64,000 bases of DNA from Alphaproteobacteria bacterium (lineage in GTDB: Bacteria > Pseudomonadota > Alphaproteobacteria > Micavibrionales > Micavibrionaceae): assembly GCA_046293135.1 (NCBI GenBank), contig JBKBPR010000007.1, positions 6,026-70,025 on the forward strand, given 5' to 3'. The notes under the pieces are model-generated. The model worked only from the letters and a program-made list of their open reading frames with translations, was not told the DNA's origin and did not search any database. The position numbers and the translations under genes are program-made. This document shows, piece by piece, positions 46,664 through 56,537 of the stretch (its first letter is position 1; every line of letters begins with the position of its first letter).

Positions 46664-47392
46664 ATGATACATATGTTTTGTTCCGACAAAAAATTCAAAT
46701 TGAGCGGCGCGGTATTTTTATCCGCCTTGCTGTTGGCTGTTCCGTTTGGCGCTCCTGCGGCGAATGCTGCGGGCGGAGCTTATATCGTTGATGATACAAG
46801 CCTGATTGACCCCGGCTCTTGTCAGGTTGAAGCATGGGCAGGTATCGGAGGGAGTTCATCGCACCGCGCAGCTATCGCGCCTGGCTGTACATTCGCCGCA
46901 TTCCCGTATGCCGAGCCGAGCATCACATTTGAGCGTGAGCGCATCAAAAGAAACTCAACGAGCTATGCAACCCCTGAATTGAAAACGCGTATTCTGCCTA
47001 AAGAAGAATACGGCCTTGGTTTCGGCGCGGCGATTGGCACGCGTTATAATCTCAGTGACAGCCGCACTGACCGCACGAATATCAAGGGTCTGTTCTCGCT
47101 GGATGCTTCAGACCGCACAACATTCAACGCCAATCTGGGTTACGAGCGTCATCACAGACGCCGTGATAATGATGCGACATGGGGCGTCGGCGCGGATATC
47201 GGGGTGTATGAGAATACAGATATGATTGTGGAAGTATTCGGTAGTTCAAGCGATCATCAGAAAACCGGCTTTCAGGCGGGGCTGCGTCCAAGCTTTATGA
47301 ACGGCAATGTTAATCTTGATGTTATCGCCGGCCGCAATGTCACTGAGGGTTCGACAAGCTGGTTTACTGTCGGCACGCGCGTCGGTTTTTGA
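46664..47392 (+). CDS. Putative outer-membrane beta-barrel protein
   Basis: Signal peptide ...APAANA, alternating hydrophobic strands, and a C-terminal ...TRVGF (terminal Phe). Confidence 0.45.
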   Translation: MIHMFCSDKKFKLSGAVFLSALLLAVPFGAPAANAAGGAYIVDDTSLIDPGSCQVEAWAGIGGSSSHRAAIAPGCTFAAFPYAEPSITFERERIKRNSTSYATPELKTRILPKEEYGLGFGAAIGTRYNLSDSRTDRTNIKGLFSLDASDRTTFNANLGYERHHRRRDNDATWGVGADIGVYENTDMIVEVFGSSSDHQKTGFQAGLRPSFMNGNVNLDVIAGRNVTEGSTSWFTVGTRVGF

Positions 47393-47414
47393 TTAAATCC
47401 TTTTATCAAACAAC

Positions 47415-47446
47415 AAAAAAGCCTGATTGAAAAATCAGGCTTTTTT
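47415..47446. terminator. Bidirectional Rho-independent terminator between convergent genes
   Basis: AAAAAA-GCCTGATT-gaaa-AATCAGGC-TTTTTT. Confidence 0.8.
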
Positions 47447-47485
47447 AATGGGTGTGTGAATACTTAGCCCTGTAAAAAATTTAAT

Positions 47486-48016
47486 TTAACGATTATCGCG
47501 GCGGGCTTGCGAGTTTTTCATGAATTGCGACACACGGCCTTTTTCCGCTCCGCTGGCAAGCTCCTGACGCTTGTTATTTGGTATCGAGCGCATGCCCTTT
47601 GACTTGCGTAGATGCCCCGGCTGCGGCACGAACGGGCTGAGCTGCTTGTTTTCCTTTTTGGCAGCCAAAGCGCGTTGCGCCGCCTCGATATGGGCTTGCC
47701 TTTTGTCCTCGGCCTGTAAACGGGTCAAACGGCGATTGATGCGCTTGAGAGCCGCTGCAAAAATCTGCTTTTTGAAGGTTTGCGAGCTGTTGTCCTTCGC
47801 AGGCTGCGCGCCTCTTGGTTCGGCCTTACCGCGCTGCTCGCGGCGCTGTTGGCGCGCAAGATCACGTGATTTGTTTCTCAATTCGCGGATACGCTTGGCC
47901 GTGTCCATCAGCTCATCAGCAGAGAGTTTATCAATTTCCGGATAATGCGACTTTTCAACCAGTGCAAATTCATCCTTGGTCAAAGCGCGTTTTTCGGTTG
48001 CAATGCTTACACTCAT
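47486..48016 (-). CDS. Hypothetical highly basic protein
   Basis: 176-aa ORF rich in K/R/Q with predicted coiled character. No motif recognised. Confidence 0.45.
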   Translation of the reverse strand: MSVSIATEKRALTKDEFALVEKSHYPEIDKLSADELMDTAKRIRELRNKSRDLARQQRREQRGKAEPRGAQPAKDNSSQTFKKQIFAAALKRINRRLTRLQAEDKRQAHIEAAQRALAAKKENKQLSPFVPQPGHLRKSKGMRSIPNNKRQELASGAEKGRVSQFMKNSQARRDNR

Positions 48017-48106
48017 AAGCTGAACTCCTTCTTATCTTTCGATTATATTTTACGTTTCATTTCAGATGAAAAGAAGATAGCACAGTTTTCGCAATTGGAA
48101 ACCGCT

Positions 48107-51100
48107 TTACTCCGATTTTTCAGCCAGATTTTCAGCCAGCGAGAAATTCTGCGGGAGAATTTCAACGGTACAGGGCAATGCGGCGCGGGCGACTTGCGCA
48201 CAAATATCTTGCGCAGAGTCTAGCGATTCCAGCATCACCACAGCGCGGAGGATATGTTTATCATCGGAGCTGACCGCCGCGCTATCAGACGGGTTGAGCA
48301 GCAAGCGCCCGTGCTGGCGCATGATCGCGCTGGCCTGCTTGGCCTTGACCCAATTCAGCGCCATCAACAAATTCGAATTATACTCGCCAAGATTGAACAA
48401 CACGGCGTTCGAACCGAGCGTGACATTGCTTGTTCCGGCCTTTTCTTTAATCTGCGCCGCATCGGATAAAATGGCAAAGCCTGTCGGTGCGCCGCGATTG
48501 AGGATGATATCATTGGCGTAAATAATCGTGCCGTCAAAGCCGATTTCGATTTTTTGCGGCGGCGGCACGCTCACGGAAAAGCGCTGCGCATCGCTTGGCG
48601 GAATTTGCAAATAATATGAGCCAGGCGGGATTTTTTCCAGCACGTAAAACCCGTCATTGGCGGTTTGAACGCTCATAACTTCGCTGCCGTCAAAGGCGTT
48701 ATACAGGGCAATATTCGCGCCGCGCAGAGGCACTCTGTTGCCCTCCGGCTCTTGCCTGTAAACCGTGCCGTCAATCTCGCCCGACATATGGATGGGGAAG
48801 TCGAGCGGGATCACATAGCCGGGGCGGGGAATGACAGACACACCTTGCCGCGCCGGAATCCAGAACACATCAGGCAGGCTGTTGATCTGCACATCGACAT
48901 CGGTAATCCGCCCCGCCGGCAGGTTTGTGAGCAAGGCTTGCCCGTTCTCATCGGTGACAGCGCGCCGCCCGCCCTGAATGGCTTCGATTGTGACATAGTC
49001 CAGCCACTCATCGCCTTCGGAGAATACCATATCGCCATCATTATCAAGGAAGACCCGCGCCGAAATAGACCCCGACCCAGACAGCGAACGCCCCGACATA
49101 GTCACGGATTGCGAATGTGGATCATAGCCGAGCGCGGTCGAAACATTCACCGCCGCCCCCAGATTTTGATTGCTGTCATAGTTCATCGAGGGTGTAATGG
49201 TCAGCTTCGTCCCCGAATAGCTGAGCGAGGCGCGCCCCGCCGTCAGATTGGTTTGCGGCGTATGATCAACCGCGATATTGGAGTTTAAGTTCTGTTTTAA
49301 GCGCCGTGTCATATCCAATGAGTAGCGACGAATATCATATTCAGGGTAAATATCGTAGGACACACCACCACGCCAGCGTGATCCCAGAAATCTTCCACTA
49401 AGATTTGTTGTGCCGTCCACACGTTCGTTGGTGTCGCCATCTTCGCTTTTCGTCCATAAGCGTTTGAAATTCTGGCTGAGGGAAACGCGCGGCAGGATAT
49501 TCGTCCCCAAGCCGAGCGAGTTTTGTAAACTACTACTACCGCCATCGGTTTCGGAATAGGTGTTGTCAAAGCCGTATGAGATAGGGCTGTTCATCCATTG
49601 TCCAAGCCGCCCACTAAGATTTCCAGTCAGTTGATAGCTCGCGGAGCGTTCCGCCTGAGAGGGCGTATCATAGTTCTTAGCGGTGTAATTTGCGCCGATA
49701 CTGGCCGAGTGTGAATCAAATAGCCGTCTTCGCGCCGAGGCCGACGCTGCCCAGCTGCCGTCCAGATCAATTGCTGTATCGGTGTTGATTAATGTTTGCC
49801 CTAAGCTGGTGATCAAGCCCGCCGACACGAAGTTTTTACGTTCTTCTCCCAGCGTGCGGCTAACAGCGCCAAAGCGCCCAGCAATCCCATCTGCAATTTG
49901 CCGTTCGTAACGAGCAGATATTTGCGGTTGCATACGATCAGCCGCCGCGTGTTGTGTCGAATTCGTTCCGTCATAAAGGCGCGTATCTGCGGCCACAACC
50001 GAGAATTCATACTTGCCTCTATCCTCGCCAAACAAATCCGTTCCCGCAAAAAAGCCCTGCTGCTGCTCGACGATTTCTCCGAACGGCCCATATTGTACAA
50101 TGCGGAAATTATTCTGCCCCGGCGTCAGCGGCACACTATCAAATTCATAGCGCCCGTCATTCCCGACCAGCCCTTGCATCAACAGCCGCGAGTCGCGGTA
50201 AATCTCGACATCCCAGCCGGGTGTGCCTTCCCCGACAATCTGCACTGCGCTATCGGTGATAATGTTTGGATTTCTATTCGTGGCACGCAATCCCAAGCCG
50301 CCGCCACCGCTGCCTATTAATGGCGCATTGACCGAATTAATATCACCGAACTCATAACGCCGCGCACCGAGAGGTCCGAGCAAATCGGGCGTTTCACTTT
50401 CTTTGGACAGGGTGAGCCGCGCCGAGGACACTGCATTATCATTTGAACCGCTCATCACCGCCCGCGCCGTATGGCCGATCAAATCGCCCCCAGCCTGCAA
50501 TGAATAACTCGTGTCTTTTGTTGCGGGTGCGTTACTATTACCGCGCTTGCGGTAGCTCTGACGCAGGCGTAAATCAACATTCGGCACGCTGGCCATTGTA
50601 TAGGGCGTGTCCATTCGCGGCAATTCGGGAAAACGTCGTCCGTCGGAAATATTTCGTCGCTGTCTGTTTAACTGCTCTTGTACTGGCCATTTTACTTGTG
50701 GCGTGATATTCATCGTCAAGGATGGCAAGTGTAAATCTGCCTCGAATTTGAACCACGTCGCGAGAGTCTGCGCCGCAATATAAATCTCGTTATCCTCTTC
50801 GAGTATCTCGGCATTTTCGATGCTGAACCGCTCCTCCCCGATAAGCACAACGCCGTTATCGATATCAAGCGCAAAGGCATTATTTTCTTGCGCAAACCAG
50901 CCTTCGGCGCGGCGCTCTTCAGGGAAGACATCAATTTTGAATCGCGCCACATTGACAAAATCGGAAAAGGATAACAACACATCGCGCCCGCTTTTGATCC
51001 CGATAACGGAATCGGCCAAGCGCATACGATTGGGCAAGGTAATTTGTAACACCAGCAATTCGCCGTCGGGGATCATGTGAATACTATCGTCAATCGCTAC

Positions 51101-51394
51101 TCCGCCCGTGAAATGATCCTGATGATAGGCATCGGCCTCGGCAAAACCCGCCTTGACCTTGCGCAAAAAATCCCGCGCCAAAAGCGATAATCCCGCCGGC
51201 GGAGTCTGCTGCGCAGTTTCAATCTGGGAGGACTGAATACTCGCCAGCTGCAATTCATTATTTGCATTATCGGAGTTGTCCTGCGCCAAGGCGCCGCCCG
51301 TTACCGCCAAAAGCGCAAGGCACGAGGCGGCACAAAGCGCGGCAAATCGCGCCCTTATCGGCTTTCGAAGATCAAAAAACGGCACAAACACCAA
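48107..51394 (-). CDS. Outer-membrane usher-like protein of an archaic chaperone-usher system, with an extended C-terminus
   Basis: Signal peptide ...ALLAVTGGALA. Usher-like N-terminal ...LVLQITLPNRMRLADSVIGIKSGRDVLLSFSDF... and ...VEIYRDSRLLMQGLVGNDGRYEFDSVPLTPGQNNFRIVQYGPFGE... A long beta-rich middle follows. It lies divergent to the chaperone/subunit genes. Confidence 0.6.
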   Translation of the reverse strand: MVFVPFFDLRKPIRARFAALCAASCLALLAVTGGALAQDNSDNANNELQLASIQSSQIETAQQTPPAGLSLLARDFLRKVKAGFAEADAYHQDHFTGGVAIDDSIHMIPDGELLVLQITLPNRMRLADSVIGIKSGRDVLLSFSDFVNVARFKIDVFPEERRAEGWFAQENNAFALDIDNGVVLIGEERFSIENAEILEEDNEIYIAAQTLATWFKFEADLHLPSLTMNITPQVKWPVQEQLNRQRRNISDGRRFPELPRMDTPYTMASVPNVDLRLRQSYRKRGNSNAPATKDTSYSLQAGGDLIGHTARAVMSGSNDNAVSSARLTLSKESETPDLLGPLGARRYEFGDINSVNAPLIGSGGGGLGLRATNRNPNIITDSAVQIVGEGTPGWDVEIYRDSRLLMQGLVGNDGRYEFDSVPLTPGQNNFRIVQYGPFGEIVEQQQGFFAGTDLFGEDRGKYEFSVVAADTRLYDGTNSTQHAAADRMQPQISARYERQIADGIAGRFGAVSRTLGEERKNFVSAGLITSLGQTLINTDTAIDLDGSWAASASARRRLFDSHSASIGANYTAKNYDTPSQAERSASYQLTGNLSGRLGQWMNSPISYGFDNTYSETDGGSSSLQNSLGLGTNILPRVSLSQNFKRLWTKSEDGDTNERVDGTTNLSGRFLGSRWRGGVSYDIYPEYDIRRYSLDMTRRLKQNLNSNIAVDHTPQTNLTAGRASLSYSGTKLTITPSMNYDSNQNLGAAVNVSTALGYDPHSQSVTMSGRSLSGSGSISARVFLDNDGDMVFSEGDEWLDYVTIEAIQGGRRAVTDENGQALLTNLPAGRITDVDVQINSLPDVFWIPARQGVSVIPRPGYVIPLDFPIHMSGEIDGTVYRQEPEGNRVPLRGANIALYNAFDGSEVMSVQTANDGFYVLEKIPPGSYYLQIPPSDAQRFSVSVPPPQKIEIGFDGTIIYANDIILNRGAPTGFAILSDAAQIKEKAGTSNVTLGSNAVLFNLGEYNSNLLMALNWVKAKQASAIMRQHGRLLLNPSDSAAVSSDDKHILRAVVMLESLDSAQDICAQVARAALPCTVEILPQNFSLAENLAEKSE

Positions 51395-51725
51395 AGGCAG
51401 CCCTAAAGTAAAAACAGGCGAGAATTTTAATTATGAAAAGTAAAAATACAGGAATCTGTATATTCTGGAAATAAAAACGCAGTCATTCAAGCAATAATAC
51501 CCGAAACCCCGCGGTTTTCAAAGTATTTTTCCCCGTGATCCACAATAATCATGCTTTTTTTCATGATAAAATGCGATTTTAAGGATGAATTAACCCTTTT
51601 TGTATGATAATAATATTACACAAGATTATTGTTTCTTGAGTATTCCGGCTTTGGTCGGATTGTAACTGAGAGTATCTCAACCACTACTAAACTTTGGCAA
51701 ACTAGGTAAGAAGGAGAAACCTAAC

Positions 51726-52376
51726 ATGAAAACCAAATCATTTTTTAAATTGGCATTGGTCGGGACAACCGCTCTGATGTTTATGGCGAGCGATGCAATG
51801 GCTCAGGCTATAACATTTGAAGCTGGTGTACCCCAAACGATTGATATTACCGCTAATGTAGACAACTCAATTACGGCGACTGTTACTGATCCAAGCTTTG
51901 ACAGACTTGGTGTTGTTGCATCGACAACCCCTGGCGAGCGTGCTGTAGCCCTGTTGAACTTTGATGGTACATTAACGCTAACGCCGGCAGGCAGCGCCCG
52001 TATTATCTCAGGCGGTACGCCAGTAGCGGGGATTGTTGGTATTGATACAGGAGATGCTTTTGCAACAACGCCTGTCTATGTAACATTATCCGATGCTGTT
52101 GACCTTACAACGGGAACTGTCGGTAACCCTGCGTTACGTCTCGTCCGTGTGGCGACAAACCAAGCTGGCGGCGTTGCTTGCGGTGCATTAACAGGCGCTA
52201 TTCTTGATGTTTTGATCCCTGCCAACACCGTGCAAGGTTGTGACATTACAAATGCCGATGGTGAATTGACATTCAATATCGGTGCAACAATCCGTACAGT
52301 AGATGGCGCTGACCCGAGACCTGTTTATGAAACTGGTCTGTATGAAGGTTCATTTGACATGATCATGGAATATTAA
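51726..52376 (+). CDS. DUF4402/SCPU-like secreted pilus-subunit candidate
   Basis: The SD AAGGAG and signal peptide ...ASDAMA are present. The C-terminal ...GLYEGSFDMIMEY matches the G.Y.G...v.v.Y ending of this family (from memory). Confidence 0.6.
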   Translation: MKTKSFFKLALVGTTALMFMASDAMAQAITFEAGVPQTIDITANVDNSITATVTDPSFDRLGVVASTTPGERAVALLNFDGTLTLTPAGSARIISGGTPVAGIVGIDTGDAFATTPVYVTLSDAVDLTTGTVGNPALRLVRVATNQAGGVACGALTGAILDVLIPANTVQGCDITNADGELTFNIGATIRTVDGADPRPVYETGLYEGSFDMIMEY

Positions 52377-52412
52377 TTCCTTATTCATCTTACAAAGTTT
52401 TTTAAAGCCCGC

Positions 52413-53093
52413 TTGCAATTCCTGCTTGCGGGCTTTATCTTTTTTGACATGATGCGGAGCCGATTTTTCACACAAAAACTTTTGGCGCTTGCGCTTGTGG
52501 CCGTGATGGTGGTGGCGTCCTTTGCGGTGATCGCGGGTCCGGCCAACCCGCCGCCCCAAGCCTGCGCTGGGGCCAATCCGCCGAATTGGTGTCCTCCACC
52601 ACCTCCACCTCCACCTGATGATGATCCCCCTCCGCCGCCGGATGATGACGATCCGTTCCCGCCTGATGGTGGTAGTGGTGGCCAAATTACGGTCATGGAG
52701 GCACTCAGCTTTCAACGCTTTGCCATTACCAAAAACGATGCGGTTTATAGCTACACTGTCGGCCCGTTCGGAGAGGTGTCGCGTGCGCCTGAATTTGTCG
52801 TTGGTGCAGAAGCAGTGTTGAATGGGGAAATCCTGCTGGAGGGGTTACCCGCAAATCAGCCCGTGACGATTAGCTTTACCGATGGCGCTTTACGCCTGTT
52901 AGACGGACCACCAGAGCCACATTTCCTGATTACCGATTTTACAACCGACCAGCCGATACCAGACCCGTATGTCGCCGATGAGGATGGGCGTTTGACGATC
53001 TTTTATGGTGCAACCATGCGCACTACTGGAACAGGCGAGCGCTACCGAAGTGGTACTTATGTTGGTTCACATAGTATCATTGTAGACTTCTGA
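52413..53093 (+). CDS. DUF4402-like subunit with an N-terminal Pro/Asp-rich low-complexity region
   Basis: The likely start is MMRSRFF (52449). It carries ...PPNWCPPPPPPPPDDDPPPPPDDDDPFPPDGG..., and the C-terminus ends ...YRSGTYVGSHSIIVDF. Confidence 0.55.
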   Translation: MQFLLAGFIFFDMMRSRFFTQKLLALALVAVMVVASFAVIAGPANPPPQACAGANPPNWCPPPPPPPPDDDPPPPPDDDDPFPPDGGSGGQITVMEALSFQRFAITKNDAVYSYTVGPFGEVSRAPEFVVGAEAVLNGEILLEGLPANQPVTISFTDGALRLLDGPPEPHFLITDFTTDQPIPDPYVADEDGRLTIFYGATMRTTGTGERYRSGTYVGSHSIIVDF

Positions 53094-53151
53094 GATCAGC
53101 TCTTCACCGTGGACAAGGTGGGCTCCTTGGTATAAAGTTTTGTTCTAGTTT

Positions 53152-54012
53152 ATGATTGTTCAAAGGATAATGAAAATGCAAAACACAGCCATGAAACTTG
53201 TTCTGGGAGCGCTCGCTTTAGGGGTTCTGGTGTCAGGTCTGATCGCTGTTTCGGGTTCTGCACTCGCCAATATGACGATCATGCCGATCCGTGTTGTCAT
53301 TGAAAATCGTGACCGTTCGGCGGAGGTTACAGTGATTAACACAACAAACCGTACAGTGACTTATCAGCTCGCATGGGGCAATCGCCGTGCTCGAGCCGAG
53401 GGCGGTTATGAGCATCTTGATGCTCCGCTTGATCCCGTATTCGATCCTGCGCAGCATCTTGTGTTCAGTCCGCGTCAGGTGACGATTGCGCCAGGGCAAA
53501 GCCAGAGGGTGCGAATTACTGTACGCCGCCCTGCCGACCTGCCTGATGGTGAATATCGCGCTCATCTCGTGTTTATGTCGCAGACTGCGGCGCGCTCTAG
53601 CCGCCGTCCAACAGAAGGGGTTGAGATGAATCTTTCGCCGCGTGTCGGCCTGTCTGTGCCCGTCTTTGTAAGGCAGGGAGAATATAACGCCGGTGCGAAA
53701 ATCGCAAATCCAGAATTCGTCAACGCAAATCACGAAGGTACACAACGTGCCTTACGAGTTACATTGGAGCGAATTGGCACTCACAGCATTAACGGTGCGC
53801 TTGAGGTCCATTGGACCCCGCCGGGGCAGCCTGAGAGGCAAATTGGACGCATTAACAATATTGTGACGTTTCATGAGCTGCCTTCGAGAATAGTAACGGT
53901 GACATTGAACGAAAACTACATCACCTCTGGTGTTATCCGCGTGGCTTTTGTTGGTGTCGACCGACAGCGCGGTATGGTGTTCGATGAAGTGCGCTTCCCT
54001 GTGGGTAACTAG
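53152..54012 (+). CDS. Periplasmic pilus chaperone (PapD-like)
   Basis: ...MPIRVVIENRDRSAEVTVINTTNRTVTYQL...VTIAPGQSQRVRI...GEYRAHLVF... (chaperone N-domain pattern). Confidence 0.75.
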   Translation: MIVQRIMKMQNTAMKLVLGALALGVLVSGLIAVSGSALANMTIMPIRVVIENRDRSAEVTVINTTNRTVTYQLAWGNRRARAEGGYEHLDAPLDPVFDPAQHLVFSPRQVTIAPGQSQRVRITVRRPADLPDGEYRAHLVFMSQTAARSSRRPTEGVEMNLSPRVGLSVPVFVRQGEYNAGAKIANPEFVNANHEGTQRALRVTLERIGTHSINGALEVHWTPPGQPERQIGRINNIVTFHELPSRIVTVTLNENYITSGVIRVAFVGVDRQRGMVFDEVRFPVGN

Positions 54013-54237
54013 CGTATAACCTGTGAGCCGCTGACCGTTCAATACTGAAAAATCATGCGCAAAACATTGTAAGCCCTGAATTTTCTTGTGATTTAATCCA
54101 CAGTCGTGCCTATGGTGTGTTGACTCACCTTTTGCCAAAAACCTATCATTCTAGGTAAGGGGTTCAAAAGGGCTGTTCTGGTCAGATTTCCTTGCTTTTA
54201 ACTATGCGTAACACCACTTTTCTCGCAACCAAATAGA

Positions 54238-55305
54238 TTGGCTGAAATGCTGAGCTTTTGTGGCTTAAACACTGATAAAACCTTTGAAATTCGATTGCGG
54301 TCGGGTCGGGTTTTTGCGCTTTGCGGCTTGCTGCTCGGCGCAATAGTGATTCTTTCAGCCTGTGGTGATTCCTCTAACTTTACCCCGCGCGGGAGCAATG
54401 CGCCGTCCTCTTCGGGCGCTGCAGGCGAGGGGGGCGATAGTGCCGGAGTGCGTATTGCCCCGATGACGGCGCCGCCCGATGTCAATGCTCGCCCGCCCTT
54501 GCCAGGGCAAACAGGACGCGAGCGCGATTCGCAAGGCTTGCCGATGCTCAAGCCCGCCAAGGGGCTGAACAGCTCGGTGGTGTTGTTCAACGAACCCGTG
54601 CGCAATCAGGATCAACGATTTGACCGGGTTGAAAATGCGGTGCAGGAATTGCGCAATGATTTTGATGCGATGCTGCCTTCACTGCTCAGGCTTGTGGCGA
54701 TCGAGAAAGATATCGCCAATCTCGTTGTGCAGTTGGAAACGCTGATGAGTGATGATTATTATGCTTCGGCCGCTGTGAATAATGCTGCGATTGCCCCTGC
54801 TGCGGGTGTTGAGCAAGAGCCGTTAGCCTTGATGAATCCTGCGCCTGTATCGGCGGCACCGCCACAACAGCAGCCTGACCTTGCACCTGCTGCTACACAG
54901 GCAACGACAGAAGTAGTTCCACCACAACCGCAACAAGAACAGCAGCCAAAACCTATGGCGGTGGCCTCGCTTTCTACATCCGGGTCGGTAAGGGCCTCAG
55001 GGCTGCGTATTGGAGCGCATCCCGATTACACACGGCTTGTAATTGATATCAGCGGCAAGACTGATTTTTCTGTTGATATTGATAACAGTGAGAAAATCCT
55101 GCTTATTCAAATGCCGGATGTGCAGTGGAGCGGCGCGCCGTCTTCGGCTGCTGCAAATGGTGTCGTGAAGTCATGGAGCGCGAATGCGGGGGCGGACGGC
55201 CAGGGAAGTCTTCTCTCTGTGTCCCTTAATAAAGCTGCGAGCATAAAATCACGGCAAATACTGGATAGCCCAACCCGACTTGTGATTGATCTGAAGCATG
55301 ATTAA
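54238..55305 (+). CDS. Lipoprotein with a Pro/Gln-rich linker and a C-terminal AMIN domain
   Basis: Lipobox ILSAC. The C-terminus reads ...LRIGAHPDYTRLVIDISGKTDFSVDIDNSEKILLIQMPDV...SPTRLVIDLK. Confidence 0.6.
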   Translation: MAEMLSFCGLNTDKTFEIRLRSGRVFALCGLLLGAIVILSACGDSSNFTPRGSNAPSSSGAAGEGGDSAGVRIAPMTAPPDVNARPPLPGQTGRERDSQGLPMLKPAKGLNSSVVLFNEPVRNQDQRFDRVENAVQELRNDFDAMLPSLLRLVAIEKDIANLVVQLETLMSDDYYASAAVNNAAIAPAAGVEQEPLALMNPAPVSAAPPQQQPDLAPAATQATTEVVPPQPQQEQQPKPMAVASLSTSGSVRASGLRIGAHPDYTRLVIDISGKTDFSVDIDNSEKILLIQMPDVQWSGAPSSAAANGVVKSWSANAGADGQGSLLSVSLNKAASIKSRQILDSPTRLVIDLKHD

Positions 55306-55370
55306 TAAACTGATTTAGTGGCTATATCTGTGGACAGTCTCTACAGAAATCCTAATCTTAGGTAATCTTG

Positions 55371-56372
55371 TCACGGCTCTAACGTGTCAGCCTCTATAGT
55401 CTTCGGTTTTTTGCGAGCCGTCTTTGTCGGTTCTTGAATGCCCTGTGTAATTTTTACACCGAATATTTCTCGAACACCTGTTTGGCGTGCATATTTTTGA
55501 AACTGAATTCTAAGTTGATTCTTAGCACTATTTTCAATTTGCCTTATTCTCTCTTTGCTAAGGTTTAATTCTTTTCCAAGAACATCAAGAGTTTTTACAG
55601 GAAGGCCTTCACTTTCATTTAATGTTCCGGCCAATAAGCGTTGTGTTAAAATATATGCTGTTCTCTCCGGTAGTCCTGAAAATGCGTTCTCTATGACCTC
55701 GCGAATGAGCGTGATTTGTTGTTCCTGCGCCAGAGTTCTGAAGCCCTCATCTGCATTGGGGTCTATTAATGTAGATATGAAATCCGCTCCGTCAGGATCT
55801 TGCATCACTACAGGGTTGCTTAAGCCATACATAGATAAGCGCGCCTGCCTGTAACCTTTTATTTTTTCTTCTATATCTTTTCTTGAGTTGAATATGGGTG
55901 TTCCGTTCCCGAGTCTTGCTTCTGCGAAAGCTTGTATAAGCTTTTCTTCTCTTTCTTCTGAAGAGAGATGAGGGAACTCTGCACTGATTTTTTTCTCAGC
56001 ATTGTGCATATGGGCAAGTAAAAAAGTATCCTTAACATTTCTGGACTGTGTTTTACGCTTGTTTAGATTTTGCATGTAAAATTTCATATATGTTTTTAAG
56101 TAATAGGGGAATTTCGCTGCACCTTCTTTTTCAGGATCGTATTGATTTAATATATCAAAAAACATGGTATAGCATTCGCTTTGGCGATCCTCCATGCTGC
56201 CTTCGATATTTTTAATGCGCATTGCATAGGAATCCAGCATTCCTTTGAATCTGTTAAATAGAGCTTGCTTGATGCGATCTTTATCGCGTTCTGATGTGTT
56301 TGGGTCTCGAATCAACGCCAAGTTCTTATTAAGCTCAATATAATCAGGCTTTTTGAATTTTTTGTCTGTCAT
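55371..56372 (-). CDS. Divergent sigma-70-family factor (group 3 / sigma-32-like)
   Basis: Region 2-like ...ECYTMFFDILNQYDPEKEGAAKFPYYLKTYMKFYMQN...; region 4 ...LGKELNLSKERIRQIENSAKNQLR. The DNA is visibly AT-rich. Confidence 0.65.
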   Translation of the reverse strand: MTDKKFKKPDYIELNKNLALIRDPNTSERDKDRIKQALFNRFKGMLDSYAMRIKNIEGSMEDRQSECYTMFFDILNQYDPEKEGAAKFPYYLKTYMKFYMQNLNKRKTQSRNVKDTFLLAHMHNAEKKISAEFPHLSSEEREEKLIQAFAEARLGNGTPIFNSRKDIEEKIKGYRQARLSMYGLSNPVVMQDPDGADFISTLIDPNADEGFRTLAQEQQITLIREVIENAFSGLPERTAYILTQRLLAGTLNESEGLPVKTLDVLGKELNLSKERIRQIENSAKNQLRIQFQKYARQTGVREIFGVKITQGIQEPTKTARKKPKTIEADTLEP

Positions 56373-56537
56373 TGTTTTGCGTCTGCGCTGTTCTATCGTT
56401 TTATTTATATTCTTATAAGGATGGACGATATATTTTCATAATATTAAAGTCAACCTTTTTATGGGTAACGGTTATTGTCATTTCAGGCCAAGGACGGATT
56501 AAAATATAATGGAAGCCTGCGGGAGCGTTATCGGGTT

